Assembly (NCBI GenBank): GCA_900550205.1
Contig: URRJ01000001.1
Span: forward strand, 1-52,835
DNA from: an uncultured Collinsella sp.
Lineage (GTDB): Bacteria; Actinomycetota; Coriobacteriia; Coriobacteriales; Coriobacteriaceae
Direction: 5' to 3'
DNA length: 52,835 nucleotides
Shown: piece after piece, positions 37,677 to 47,717 of the stretch
Numbering within the stretch: position 1 is the stretch's first letter
Layout of the letters: each line of letters starts with the position of its first letter
The notes under the pieces: generated by a model
Database searches by the model: none
The model's input: only the letters and a program-made list of their open reading frames with translations
Told to the model about the DNA's origin: nothing
Made by a program: the position numbers and the translations under genes

Positions 37677-38447
37677 ATGCCCGCGCTCGACCTTTGGAAC
37701 CTCGCATCCCAGCTCAAAAGCACCAATTATCGCTGGGTCGACCTCACCCACACGCTCTCGTGCGAAACCCCGCACTGGTTTGGCTTTAAGCCTTTTGAGT
37801 CCACCAAGCTCTTCGACTACCTGCCCGGCACGCCCGAGGACATGCTCGCGCCCATGCGCTGCTTCCAGTATTCGGTTGCTTCGCAGTACGGCACCCACGT
37901 CGACGCACCACGCCACTTCCATGTTGACGGCCGTTCCCTTGGAGAGATTGAACCCATCGAATTTATGCATCCGCTCTGCGTGATCGACAAGCACGAGGAG
38001 TGCGCCGCAAATCCCGACTTTATCCTGACCATCGAGGACCTCAAAGCCTGGGAGGACGAGCACGGTCGTATTCCCGAGGACGCTTTCGTTGCCTTCCGCT
38101 CCGATTGGTCCAAACTCGCCGATCTCGAGAACAAGGACGAGGACGGCCAGCCCCACTACCCCGGCTGGGACCTCGACGCCATCAAATGGCTTGTAGAAGA
38201 GCGCAACATCGGCGCTATCGGCCACGAGCCGGCAGACACCGACCCCGCATCCGTGACCACACGCGAGGACGCCTACCCCTACCCCGGCGAGCAGTACATC
38301 CTCTCGGTCGACCGTTACCAGATCGAGGTCATGGACCATCTGGACGAGCTTCCCGCCACGGGCGCTGTCATCTTCTGCACCTTCCCTAAGGTCCGCGATG
38401 GCGTCGGATACCCCGCACGCGTTTTTGCGGTCTGCCCCGTAGCGTAA
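37677..38447 (+). CDS. Cyclase / kynurenine formamidase family protein
   Basis: VDLTH, GTHVDAPRHF and PARVFA. Confidence 0.88.
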   Translation: MPALDLWNLASQLKSTNYRWVDLTHTLSCETPHWFGFKPFESTKLFDYLPGTPEDMLAPMRCFQYSVASQYGTHVDAPRHFHVDGRSLGEIEPIEFMHPLCVIDKHEECAANPDFILTIEDLKAWEDEHGRIPEDAFVAFRSDWSKLADLENKDEDGQPHYPGWDLDAIKWLVEERNIGAIGHEPADTDPASVTTREDAYPYPGEQYILSVDRYQIEVMDHLDELPATGAVIFCTFPKVRDGVGYPARVFAVCPVA

Positions 38448-38563
38448 GCTCCGCGCGTCCATTCATTTAAAAATCGCCACCCTGCATGCACAAGGTGCGC
38501 CGGCGGCATACAATCCATCAGGCGCCCCCACGCGGGCGACTTTTATATGGGGAGATGATTCAT

Positions 38564-39478
38564 ATGCAGATCAACAAGGTCGCCTTTATCGGCAAGGGCG
38601 GCGTCGGGCTACTCTACGGCAGCATGATCGCCCAGGCACTCGGCAACGATGCCGTCGAATACGTCATGGACGACGCCCGTTTTGAGCGCCATGCGAACGA
38701 CGCGCTCACCGTCAACGGCAAGCCCTGCGATCTCACGTCCGTCCGCGCCAGCGAGGCAACGCCCGCCGATCTGGTCATCCTGACGGTCAAGACCACCGGT
38801 CTCGACCAAGCACTCAAGACTATGGAGCACGTCGTGGGTCCCAACACGCTCATCGCCTCGCTGTGCAACGGCATTACGAGCGAGCAAAAGATTGCCGAGC
38901 GCTTTGGCTGGGAGCACACCGTCCTGGGTATCTGCCAGGGCATGGACGCCGTGTTCCTCAACGGCGCGCTCACCTTTACCAACACTGGAGAAATCCGCTT
39001 TGGCGCGGCGGCCGGTACGGATCCCGCAACCATCAACGCAATCGACGAGCTCTACACGCGCTGCGGCATCGCCCATACCGTCGAGCACGACATTGCGCAC
39101 CGCATGTGGGCCAAACTCATGCTCAACGACGGCATCAACCAGACCTGTATGGCCTACGGCGGGACCTACGGAAGCGCCACGGAGCCGGGCTCCGAGCAGC
39201 GTCGCTGCTTTGTTTCCGCCATGCGAGAGACGCTTGCGGTCGCCAATGCCGAGGGCATTGAGCTGACGGAAGTAGACCTGACGCAGATGGTGCATCTCAT
39301 CGAGGGAATCGACCCCGCCGGCATGCCCTCGATGGCTCAAGACCGCGTCGCAAGGCGCAAAACCGAGGTTGATGAGTTCGCGGGCACCATCTGCCGTCTC
39401 GCAGCCAAACACGATATCCAGGCACCGCAAAACGAGTGGCTCTATCGGCGCATCCGCGATATCGAGAAAAGCTGGTAG
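38564..39478 (+). CDS. Ketopantoate reductase family protein (PanE/ApbA)
   Basis: IGKGGVG, LCNGI, MWAKLMLN and PSMAQD...RKTE. Confidence 0.88.
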   Translation: MQINKVAFIGKGGVGLLYGSMIAQALGNDAVEYVMDDARFERHANDALTVNGKPCDLTSVRASEATPADLVILTVKTTGLDQALKTMEHVVGPNTLIASLCNGITSEQKIAERFGWEHTVLGICQGMDAVFLNGALTFTNTGEIRFGAAAGTDPATINAIDELYTRCGIAHTVEHDIAHRMWAKLMLNDGINQTCMAYGGTYGSATEPGSEQRRCFVSAMRETLAVANAEGIELTEVDLTQMVHLIEGIDPAGMPSMAQDRVARRKTEVDEFAGTICRLAAKHDIQAPQNEWLYRRIRDIEKSW

Positions 39479-39511
39479 CGTCAACGCGCCGCATTCAACA
39501 GCCTTAACAGC

Positions 39512-39551
39512 AAAGCCGCCGCAAGGGAGCCTTTCCCCTGCGGCGGCTTTT
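39512..39551. terminator. Bidirectional terminator
   Basis: aaagccgccgca / tgcggcggctttt stem. Confidence 0.75.
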
Positions 39552-39587
39552 ATCTTCGTCTATGACCGGCAGCCAATCTCACAACAG

Positions 39588-39794
39588 TTAGCGTTGCGAC
39601 TCCGGCACCACGTCCTCGTCATCGCGGCAAAGAACCACGCCCGCGCTTCCCAGCAGTGCGGCTGCGATCAGCGCGCCAACCACGATTGGAGCAGCCCCGC
39701 ATGACCCCTGCATGCCCGCAATGAGCGCGGCCATAGGGCCAAGGCAACCAAGCACCAATGCTACGACGGCAACGGCAATATCTCGAGCGTTCAC
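39588..39794 (-). CDS. Small two-TM membrane protein
   Basis: Two hydrophobic stretches and an acidic tail. Fills the gap before the terminator. Confidence 0.55.
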   Translation of the reverse strand: MNARDIAVAVVALVLGCLGPMAALIAGMQGSCGAAPIVVGALIAAALLGSAGVVLCRDDEDVVPESQR

Positions 39795-39981
39795 AAGACC
39801 ACTTCTTCCACGAGAAAGACCTTATTTCTCATGAACTAGTGTGCCCCGCGCCCATATGCGCGGCGTACTGCCGCGGTAAGCGCTCTGTTAACTCAAGCAC
39901 GCACAAAAAACGGGCGCCCTTACGTTGCCCAAAGACTCGGTAAAGACGCCCGCCCGTCATGTCCTATTGGCTTACGGCGGA

Positions 39982-40758
39982 TTACCAACCGGTATAGTAG
40001 TCGGTGGTTCCGGCTGCGCAGCCGGAGTCATAGACCTTGCACTCGCCCTTGGAACCGGTAAACGTGGAGCCCTGAGCCTTATCGCCCGCGGCCACGACAT
40101 AGTAACCATCGGAATCGCGCCAAAAGCCCTCGGAATCCTGAGTCCACTCGCCCGTGCGGTGGTGATACAACACGTTGCTGCTGTAATAGGTCTCACGGCG
40201 GCCGTTATAGTTATTGACGCCGCTCGAGCGCGTCAGGCCCGAGCCGTTCGCGTAATACGCAGCTGCCGTATAGGACGGGACGTAGCCTGCGTTGCCATAT
40301 GACGCCTGGGCGGCCTCGGCAGCTTCTGTCTCGGCGGCCGCAGCCTCGAGCGCCTCGCGCTTAGCATCCTCGAGCGTGGAGCGAAGCTCGTCGAGCTCGG
40401 CCGACTTCGCGTCGACCTCCTCCATCGTCAAAAGACTGCCCGCACCGTCGATACAACCCTGCAGTACAGCGCGCTCGTCATCGGTGGCATAGTCACCGTA
40501 CATGTTCATGATGATCTGGGCGCGAACCTCTAGGGAATCGCGCTTGGCCCCCATAGAGGCGTTCCACTCCTGCATGGAGCCAAAGCCGTCGCCGCGATAG
40601 TCGACGGGCTGCATCAGCGTCGCCTCGGACGGCGTGGATCCGACCGTGTCGGACAGTGTTGCCGCGTGGGCATCGGTTGCGCCGGCGCCCGCCAAAAGCG
40701 CCACGGTCAGAGCGGCGGAAAGGGCGGCGGCTTTCGGTTTTCGTGAATCAATCCTCAT
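39982..40758 (-). CDS. Secreted coiled-coil protein with a 3D/DPBB-like C-terminal domain
   Basis: GGAGG RBS, signal peptide ending AHA, helical linker, and C-terminal YVVAAGD...VYDSGC...TDYY. Confidence 0.75.
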   Translation of the reverse strand: MRIDSRKPKAAALSAALTVALLAGAGATDAHAATLSDTVGSTPSEATLMQPVDYRGDGFGSMQEWNASMGAKRDSLEVRAQIIMNMYGDYATDDERAVLQGCIDGAGSLLTMEEVDAKSAELDELRSTLEDAKREALEAAAAETEAAEAAQASYGNAGYVPSYTAAAYYANGSGLTRSSGVNNYNGRRETYYSSNVLYHHRTGEWTQDSEGFWRDSDGYYVVAAGDKAQGSTFTGSKGECKVYDSGCAAGTTDYYTGW

Positions 40759-40970
40759 GTAGCTGGAAACCTCCGTAGTGCGTTTTTGCTGCGTTTGAGC
40801 TGCGTGTGATTCGATCGCGCTGCATAGTACCCCGAGCAAATCGCGACCTGCGGTTTTTCTCAAAAGGTGCACGTCATTTGCGTAAAACTCACATCCTCTC
40901 AACAGGAGTTTTCCACATCTCGATTGCATAAAACATGTCAAAAACCCTGTAATAGCGCCCTGCCTATGCA

Positions 40971-41010
40971 AAAAAGGCGCCTGCGCAACCATTGTTCGCA
41001 CAGGCGCCTT
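40971..41010 (-). terminator. Terminator of metY
   Basis: aaaaaggcgcctg / caggcgcctt stem. Confidence 0.7.
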
Positions 41011-41070
41011 GAGCAGGCATTTTATGCAGTTATACCTATCGAGTCGCAAGGGGTCCTTGCACAAGTCGCC

Positions 41071-42381
41071 TTACTCGTCCAGCGCGGCGAAGGCCTGCTT
41101 CAGATCCCAAATGATGTCCTCGGCGTTCTCGGTACCGATGGAAAGACGGATCGTGGAGGGCGTAATGTTCTGCTCGGCGAGCTCCTCGGCAGAGAGCTGG
41201 GAGTGCGTAGTCGTAGCCGGGTGCACGACGAGCGACTTGACGTCTGCCACGTTGGCGAGCAGCGAGAACACCTGCAAGTGGTCGATGAACTTCCATGCAG
41301 CCTCCTGGCCGCCCTTGATCTCGAAGGCGAAGATCGAGGCACCGCCGTTGGGGAAATACTGCTTGTAGAGCTCATGGTCGGGGTGCTCGGGCAGGCTCGG
41401 GTGATTCACCTTGGCAACATGGCTGTCACCGGTCAGGAACTCAACGACCTTCTTGGTGTTCTCGACATGGCGGTCGACACGCAGCGACAGGGTCTCGGTG
41501 CCCTGGAGCAAGATCCAGGCGTTAAACGGGCTGATGCAAGCGCCCTCGTCACGCAGCAGGATGGCGCGGACATAGGTCGCGAAGGCGGCAGGGCCGGCGG
41601 CCTCGGCAAACGAGACGCCATGGTAGGAGGGGTTGGGCTCGGCGATCTGCGCATACTTGCCGCTCGCCTTCCAATCGAAGTTGCCGCCATCGACAATCAC
41701 ACCGCCCAGCGAGGTACCGTGGCCGCCAATGAACTTAGTTGCGGAGTGAACGACGATGTTGGCGCCATGCTCCAGCGGACGGAACAGATACGGAGTGCCG
41801 AAGGTGTTATCGACGACGACCGGCAGACCATGCTTCTTGGCGACCTCGGAGATAGCGTCGATGTTGGGAATATCGGAGTTGGGGTTACCGAGCGTCTCGA
41901 GGTAGATGACCGTGGTATTGTCCTTGATGGCACCCTCGACCTCGTCCAGGTTGTGGGCATCGACGAAGGTGGTCACGACACCAAACTGGGAGAGCGTGTG
42001 CTCCAGCAGGTTGTAGGAACCGCCGTAGATGGTCTTCTGGGCCACCACATGGTCGCCGGCCTGAGCGAGCGCCTGCAGGGTATAGGTGATGGCGGCGGCA
42101 CCAGAGGCGACGGCGAGGCCAGCAACGCCACCCTCGAGCGCGGCGATGCGGTCCTCAAAGACGCCCTGGGTGGAGTTGGTCAGACGACCGTAGATGTTAC
42201 CGGCGTCGGCAAGACCAAAGCGGTCGGCGGCGTGCTGGGAGCTGCGGAACACATAGCTCGTGGTCTGGTAGATAGGCACGGCACGGGAGTCAGATGCGGG
42301 ATCGGCGCTCTCCTGGCCAACGTGAAGCTGCAGGGTGTCGAAACCAAAGGTGTGCTCGGGGTTGTTGATAAACTGGCTCAT
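41071..42381 (-). CDS. metY: O-acetylhomoserine aminocarboxypropyltransferase / sulfhydrylase
   Basis: PIYQTTSY, IYGRLTN, HSATKFIGGHG (PLP Lys), LANVADVKSLVVHPATTTH and IRLSIG. Confidence 0.93.
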   Translation of the reverse strand: MSQFINNPEHTFGFDTLQLHVGQESADPASDSRAVPIYQTTSYVFRSSQHAADRFGLADAGNIYGRLTNSTQGVFEDRIAALEGGVAGLAVASGAAAITYTLQALAQAGDHVVAQKTIYGGSYNLLEHTLSQFGVVTTFVDAHNLDEVEGAIKDNTTVIYLETLGNPNSDIPNIDAISEVAKKHGLPVVVDNTFGTPYLFRPLEHGANIVVHSATKFIGGHGTSLGGVIVDGGNFDWKASGKYAQIAEPNPSYHGVSFAEAAGPAAFATYVRAILLRDEGACISPFNAWILLQGTETLSLRVDRHVENTKKVVEFLTGDSHVAKVNHPSLPEHPDHELYKQYFPNGGASIFAFEIKGGQEAAWKFIDHLQVFSLLANVADVKSLVVHPATTTHSQLSAEELAEQNITPSTIRLSIGTENAEDIIWDLKQAFAALDE

Positions 42382-42442
42382 GATGATCTCCTTGATCGAA
42401 CGAAAGTAAATAAAAAGAGAGAAGTAAGTTGCTGTCTCCTGA

Positions 42443-42496
42443 TCACGCCGACGGGCGCAAACAGGAGCCCGGCATTCGTCTTAGCAAGCAGTTCAT
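42443..42496 (-). CDS. Putative leader peptide MNCLLRRMPGSCLRPSA upstream of metY
   Basis: AAAAGGAGG RBS 7 nt before the ATG. Contains 2 Cys and 2 Met codons and overlaps a hairpin followed by a U-rich tract. Confidence 0.45.
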   Translation of the reverse strand: MNCLLRRMPGSCLRPSA

Positions 42497-42655
42497 ATGC
42501 GGTCCTCCTTTTGACATCCCGGTTCCGTGGTCGGCTTAATTACCTACCGCCTTTGTGTGTTTTGAATAGTACGAGCATCGTCTCCCCGGGTCAATCACTT
42601 AAAAGCGCTAACCTGTTATCGGTTTTTTAGATAGCTATCGAAAGGACGGGCGCCG

Positions 42656-43558
42656 ATGACCCTCCAGCAGCTTCGTTTTCTGATCGCCGTGGCAGAATCC
42701 GGCTCAATCAACGCCGCAGCTCAGCGCCTCTATACGGCACAGTCCAATATCTCCAATGCCGTCAAAAGCCTGGAGCAGGAGCTCCATCTGGAGATCTTTA
42801 CGCGCTCCAGCCGCGGCGTCACGCTCACCAACGACGGCACCGAGCTTTTGGGCTATGCGCGCCAGGTCGTAGAGCAGGCCGACATGCTCGAGGCCCGCTA
42901 CGAGGACGGCGGTACACCTCAGGCCCGCCTTGCCATCTCGGCCCAACACTACGCGTTTTCGGTCGAGGCCTTTGTCAACGTAGTCGAGCGCTGCCGCGAC
43001 AGCAAGTTCGAGTTCATCATGCGCGAGACCACCACATCGCAGATCGTCGATGACGTCCGTGCGTTTCGCAGCGATATCGGCATCCTCTATCTGGACGACT
43101 TTAATACCCGTGTCTTGCAGAAGGCCTTCGCCGATGCCCGAGCGAGCTTCCATCCCCTATTCGACGCGACGGTCCACGTCTTCGTCAGCGAGCGCCACCC
43201 GCTCGCACGCCGCCCTCAGCTGTCCCTTGCCGACCTCACGCCCTATACGCGCTACAGCTTTGAACAGGGAACCTCAAACTCCTTCTATTACGCCGAGGAA
43301 CCTTTTAGCTATATCCCTTGCGACCGCAACATACGAATCTCGGACCGCGGAACACTTACTAACTTGCTTATCACGTCGAACGGTTACACCCTGTCGACCG
43401 GCGTCCTCTCCAATGAAATGCAGTGGGGTATGGCATCGATCCCGTTAGCAGACGCCCCAACGATGCGCGTAGGCTATATCATGCACGACGAGCGCAAGCC
43501 CTCTCCCCTCTTGCAGCAATACCTCGACGAGCTCAACCGCATCATCCATGCCAGCTAA
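42656..43558 (+). CDS. LysR-family regulator (MtaR/CysL-like), divergent from metY
   Basis: MTLQQL...GSINAAAQRL HTH, QHYAF, SFEQG and DRGTL. Confidence 0.9.
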   Translation: MTLQQLRFLIAVAESGSINAAAQRLYTAQSNISNAVKSLEQELHLEIFTRSSRGVTLTNDGTELLGYARQVVEQADMLEARYEDGGTPQARLAISAQHYAFSVEAFVNVVERCRDSKFEFIMRETTTSQIVDDVRAFRSDIGILYLDDFNTRVLQKAFADARASFHPLFDATVHVFVSERHPLARRPQLSLADLTPYTRYSFEQGTSNSFYYAEEPFSYIPCDRNIRISDRGTLTNLLITSNGYTLSTGVLSNEMQWGMASIPLADAPTMRVGYIMHDERKPSPLLQQYLDELNRIIHAS

Positions 43559-43657
43559 CTGTCGGAAGACGGGGTAGAAATCGTAGATTGCTAGCCCCCG
43601 GCGGGCATGGCGCTACAATGGTCACTCGCACGAAACGTACTCAACGAAAGGAACCAT

Positions 43658-44143
43658 GTGAAGGTCATCATCTATACCGACGGCTCGGCTCGATCAAATC
43701 CGGGACGCGGCGGCTACGGCGCCGTACTCAAATACACCAACCCCGCCGGCAAGACCTTCACCTCCGAGCTTTCACGCGGTTACGCCAAGACCACCAACAA
43801 CCGCATGGAGCTCATGGCCGTTATCGTGGCGCTCGAGGCGCTCAACCGCCCTTGCGACGTCGAAGTCCATTCCGATTCGCAGTACGTCGTCAACGCCTTC
43901 AACAAGCACTGGATTGACGGATGGAAAAAACGCGGCTGGAAGACCGCCAACAAGCAGCCTGTCAAGAACCGCGATCTGTGGGAGCGCCTGCTCACCGCAA
44001 AGAGTAAGCACAAAGTGGAGTTCATCTGGGTTAAGGGCCACGCCGGCCATGAGCTCAACGAGCGCTGTGACGAGCTTGCCACCACGGCGGCCGACGGCAG
44101 CAACCTCGATATCGACGCCGGCTTTAACGAGAGCGACCTGTAA
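43658..44143 (+). CDS. rnhA: Ribonuclease HI
   Basis: [24 protein letters not shown] and [13 protein letters not shown]. Confidence 0.95.
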   Translation: MKVIIYTDGSARSNPGRGGYGAVLKYTNPAGKTFTSELSRGYAKTTNNRMELMAVIVALEALNRPCDVEVHSDSQYVVNAFNKHWIDGWKKRGWKTANKQPVKNRDLWERLLTAKSKHKVEFIWVKGHAGHELNERCDELATTAADGSNLDIDAGFNESDL

Positions 44144-44218
44144 CGGCGTTTTCGCACGCTATTTCCTGCCCCCTCGCGCTACACTCATCCTGTAAACCGA
44201 ACGGCACGAGGGGGATAT

Positions 44219-45325
44219 ATGCTGCGTATAGCGACCATCGGCACATCCATGATTACCGACGACTTTATCCAGGTCGTCAACGCCAACGACCAAGCCGCGT
44301 TTGTGGGCACGCTCTCGCGCGATGCAGATCGCGGCGGCGCCTTCACCGCTAAGCACGGCGGCGAACGTAACTTCACCGTGCTTGACGAGCTTGCGTCCGC
44401 CGACGACGTCGACGCCGTCTACATCGGCAGCCCCAATGCGCTCCACTACGAGCAGGCGCTCGCCTGTATCGCCGGTGGCAAGCACGTTATCGTCGAAAAG
44501 CCCTTTTGTGCCACCGAGGCACAGGCGCTCGAGGTCTTTCGCGCAGCCGAGGCGGCGGGCGTCGTAGCCCTCGAGGCCATGCGCCCGCTCCATGACCCCG
44601 CTTTCCACGCCGTCGAGGACGCCCTGGGCGAGATCGCCCCCATCCGCCGCGCCTCATTGCGCTTTGGCAAATATTCCTCGCGCTACAACGAGGTTCTCGC
44701 GGGGCGCGCCACCAATATCTTCGACTGCCACATGGCCTCGGGCTCCCTCATGGACATTGGCGTCTACACCGTCGAGCCCATGGTCGAGATTTTCGGCATG
44801 CCCTCCGGCCTCACCAGCATGACCACGCTGCTCGACCCCTCAACGCAAGAGCTCACCCATGGTCCCATCGACGGCTGCGGCTCCATTCTCGCCAGTTATG
44901 GCGGAGGCCGCATTTCCGTCGAGCTTGCACACTCCAAAATTACGAATGACCTGCTGCCCTCGCAGATCGAAGGCGAGCGTGGCACTATCCAGATTGACCA
45001 TCTGTCCACGCCCCGCAACGTCCGCATCGACTATCGCGGCGATGTCGTACGCGGCTCGGCGACCGAGGCACCGCGCGAACAGGGCGACAACGGCCGCGTG
45101 CTCGACCTGCCCAAATCTAGCAACACTATGGAATACGAGCTCGCGGACTTTATCACCGCCATCGACGGCGTTCATCACGTTAAAGATGAGATTTGGGAAA
45201 CGCCGGCAGGACGCCACGAACTCGGACACTACCGCGATGTCACGCTCGTGTCGCTGCGTATCATGGATGCCGTGCGCCAGCAGGCGGGTATCGCCTTCCC
45301 CGCCGACTCTAACAAGCAGGCATAG
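44219..45325 (+). CDS. Gfo/Idh/MocA oxidoreductase
   Basis: VYIGSPNALH, GKHVIVEKP, YSSRY and GSLMDIGVY. Confidence 0.9.
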   Translation: MLRIATIGTSMITDDFIQVVNANDQAAFVGTLSRDADRGGAFTAKHGGERNFTVLDELASADDVDAVYIGSPNALHYEQALACIAGGKHVIVEKPFCATEAQALEVFRAAEAAGVVALEAMRPLHDPAFHAVEDALGEIAPIRRASLRFGKYSSRYNEVLAGRATNIFDCHMASGSLMDIGVYTVEPMVEIFGMPSGLTSMTTLLDPSTQELTHGPIDGCGSILASYGGGRISVELAHSKITNDLLPSQIEGERGTIQIDHLSTPRNVRIDYRGDVVRGSATEAPREQGDNGRVLDLPKSSNTMEYELADFITAIDGVHHVKDEIWETPAGRHELGHYRDVTLVSLRIMDAVRQQAGIAFPADSNKQA

Positions 45326-45327
45326 CG

Positions 45328-45738
45328 ATGGGTTTTTTCGACAAGCTTTTCTCGGGCGTCGCCGTCGGCAGCCGCGAACCCCAAAAGCCTTCTGGCGTCG
45401 AGCTCGAGCTGCGCCGTAGGCTCACCGTGCTCGCAAGCGACGAGGTCACTCAGGACGCCCCGCAGCGCTATTTCCTGCGCTGGGAGGGCCAAGTCCAGGG
45501 CGTCGGCTTTCGCTTTACCAACACCAACCTCGCACAGGCGCGCTCCCTCACCGGCTGGGTGCGCAATATGGAAGACGGCTCGGTTGAGATGGAGCTACAG
45601 GGCACGCCGACAAACATCGCGTCTCAGCTCGAGGCGCTTCATGCCTCCTACGAGCGCATGGGGACACGTTTTCGCCTCGTAGACGCCCAGGCCCGAGCCA
45701 CACTTGCCAATGAAGACGGTTTCAGTCCTCATTATTAG
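45328..45738 (+). CDS. Acylphosphatase (with N-terminal extension)
   Basis: GQVQGVGFR and LTGWVRNMEDGSVE. Confidence 0.85.
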   Translation: MGFFDKLFSGVAVGSREPQKPSGVELELRRRLTVLASDEVTQDAPQRYFLRWEGQVQGVGFRFTNTNLAQARSLTGWVRNMEDGSVEMELQGTPTNIASQLEALHASYERMGTRFRLVDAQARATLANEDGFSPHY

Positions 45739-45799
45739 TATTGTGTGCTAAATACGGTATCATTTACCTACGACCGTTGATAGAAAAGAGGCGAGGCGC

Positions 45800-46180
45800 A
45801 TGGCGGTGCAAAGAAGGAATACCAGGCAGCGAAAGCTGGTTCTTGACGCCGTGCGCCAAAGCTATAACCATCCCACCGCCGATGAAATCTACAACGCCGT
45901 GCGCGAACAGGATGACAAAATCAGCCGCGGCACGGTCTACCGCAATCTCAATCTCTTGGCCGACGCCGGCGAGATCCTCTCCATCAAGACGCCGGGCGGG
46001 AGTCGCTTCGATCGCACCATCGAGCCGCATGCGCATGTCATCTGCACCTCGTGCAGCCGCGTCATCGACGTGCCACTCCCCTTCGATACCCAGCTCGACA
46101 CCAAGGCGTCCGAGCAAATCGGCTGGCACGTCTCGTCGCACTACACCATCTTCGAGGGGCTCTGCCCCGACTGCCGGTAG
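45800..46180 (+). CDS. Fur-family regulator (PerR-like)
   Basis: TRQR, HPTADEIY, SRGTVYRNL, HAHVICTSC and CPDC. Confidence 0.92.
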   Translation: MAVQRRNTRQRKLVLDAVRQSYNHPTADEIYNAVREQDDKISRGTVYRNLNLLADAGEILSIKTPGGSRFDRTIEPHAHVICTSCSRVIDVPLPFDTQLDTKASEQIGWHVSSHYTIFEGLCPDCR

Positions 46181-46256
46181 TCTTTGAGACATGCCTGCAA
46201 ATCTACTTTCCCATCCGCTACAGCAAACAGTACATTTCCAGGTATGTCTCGAAAGC

Positions 46257-47054
46257 CTACTCGGCGAGCAGGCGGCGCAGTTCTTCTTCGACCGTGCGCA
46301 CGTAGCGGACGCGGTCGTTGATGCCGCGCATGGTGGGGTTGCAGCTCTCCATCAGATAGGGATGGCCCACGACGTTGAGCATGTCGCGATCGTTCTCATT
46401 GTCGCCAAACGCCATCATCTCATCGGGCGAAATACCCAGGGCACGACCGTAATCGGCAAGCGCGGAACCCTTACCCGAATCAAAGCCGATAAAGTCCGTC
46501 CATTCGGTTCCCGACGTCATCACGTCAACACGGTCGCTAAAGAGGCGCTCAAAATACTCCAGGGCCGCCGGCTGATCCACCTCGGGCGTCTGGAAGGCAA
46601 TCTTAATGACGTCCTCGTCGATGTCCTCGGGGCGGGCGACCACTGCCACATCGCAGTGGACCTCATAGCGCAAATGATCGACGAACGCATCGTTGCCGCT
46701 CATGGTGTAGAGGTGTCCCTCACACGAAAGGGTCACGTCGGCATGGGGATACGCAACCACGGCATTCGCGATATCCATAGCAAGGCTACGCTCCATGGAA
46801 CGCTTGACAACGGCACGTCCCTCGCTCATCACCAGGGCTCCGTTTTCGCATACATAGGCGAGCTCATCGGCCACCGGGGCAAACAGATAGCGCAAGCTCG
46901 CATATTGACGGCCGCTCGCCGGCATAAACACGATACCGCGACGATGCAGCTCATCGATGAGCTCGAAGGCCTCGGAACGCGGCTCGCGCTCCCCCGGATG
47001 CAGCAACGTGCCGTCCAAATCGCATGCAATCAGCTTGATTCCTTCAAGACCCAT
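46257..47054 (-). CDS. Cof-type HAD-IIB hydrolase
   Basis: DLDGTLL, ASGRQY, CENGA and FGDNENDRDML. Confidence 0.9.
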   Translation of the reverse strand: MGLEGIKLIACDLDGTLLHPGEREPRSEAFELIDELHRRGIVFMPASGRQYASLRYLFAPVADELAYVCENGALVMSEGRAVVKRSMERSLAMDIANAVVAYPHADVTLSCEGHLYTMSGNDAFVDHLRYEVHCDVAVVARPEDIDEDVIKIAFQTPEVDQPAALEYFERLFSDRVDVMTSGTEWTDFIGFDSGKGSALADYGRALGISPDEMMAFGDNENDRDMLNVVGHPYLMESCNPTMRGINDRVRYVRTVEEELRRLLAE

Positions 47055-47083
47055 ATGCTCCCCCACAGCATCTCATCAACAGA

Positions 47084-47122
47084 AAGGCGGACTTTGAATA
47101 GTTGTCTCTCAAAGTCCGCCTT
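47084..47122 (-). terminator. Hairpin/terminator after the ureE-like gene
   Basis: aaggcggactttga / tcaaagtccgcctt stem. Confidence 0.65.
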
Positions 47123-47135
47123 ACTTATACGCACG

Positions 47136-47714
47136 TTAACCGCGCGCCTTCTTTACGATCGTAAAGTCTGGTGCCATACTCACAACGGCATCCGCCGCAC
47201 TCGACGCAAAGCGCCGGTCCGAATCGAGTTCACGGGTAACCGTCGAGAGCCGAACGCCCTCGACGCCCCGGAGCATGCGGCCCAAAACAGGCTGCACCGG
47301 CGTATACATGCGCACGGTATACTCGTCCGAATCGCCTCGAAAAAGCGGCGCATGCATATTGCCGATCTCCCAGCACGCATGCGCGAGCGCAATCGGGTCC
47401 ATGCGGTCAACTTCGACCAAATAAACCTCGGCGCTGCGCAGGCGCACGACAACCGCCACGGGCACCACGCCCGAACGGTCGACGGCGAGCACGTCGCCGT
47501 CGACAAAACGACCGCCGTCGGCAGTATCCAGCCGAACATCGACCGTGCGCCCCAGCTCCGTCACGCCCACAAACGCGCATACATCAGCCTGGTCCCAATC
47601 GAGCAGTAGCTCGTCAACTTCAAAGACGCCGCCCAGCTTCCGGCGAAGCAGAAGTTCATAGGACGGATCGTTGAGATTTCCCAAGCATGTCGTCGAAACC
47701 AAGCGCTCAGGCAT
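47136..47714 (-). CDS. ureE: Urease accessory protein UreE-like
   Basis: GVTELGR.V..., DGDVL and AHACWEIGNMHAP, matching the UreE GNxH Ni-binding motif. Confidence 0.7.
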   Translation of the reverse strand: MPERLVSTTCLGNLNDPSYELLLRRKLGGVFEVDELLLDWDQADVCAFVGVTELGRTVDVRLDTADGGRFVDGDVLAVDRSGVVPVAVVVRLRSAEVYLVEVDRMDPIALAHACWEIGNMHAPLFRGDSDEYTVRMYTPVQPVLGRMLRGVEGVRLSTVTRELDSDRRFASSAADAVVSMAPDFTIVKKARG

Positions 47715-47717
47715 GCT

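Noticed and set aside
40760..40930. c-di-AMP or other riboswitch upstream of the secreted 3D-like protein
   Set aside because: I could not identify the conserved motifs by eye. An Rfam scan would be needed.
1348..42630. Long antisense ORFs (e.g. 1348-2349, 2527-3792, 4010-5605, 13495-14955, 20630-22381, 40867-42630)
   Set aside because: They shadow well-supported genes on the opposite strand, which is expected from high GC3 codon bias, and they have no recognisable motifs.
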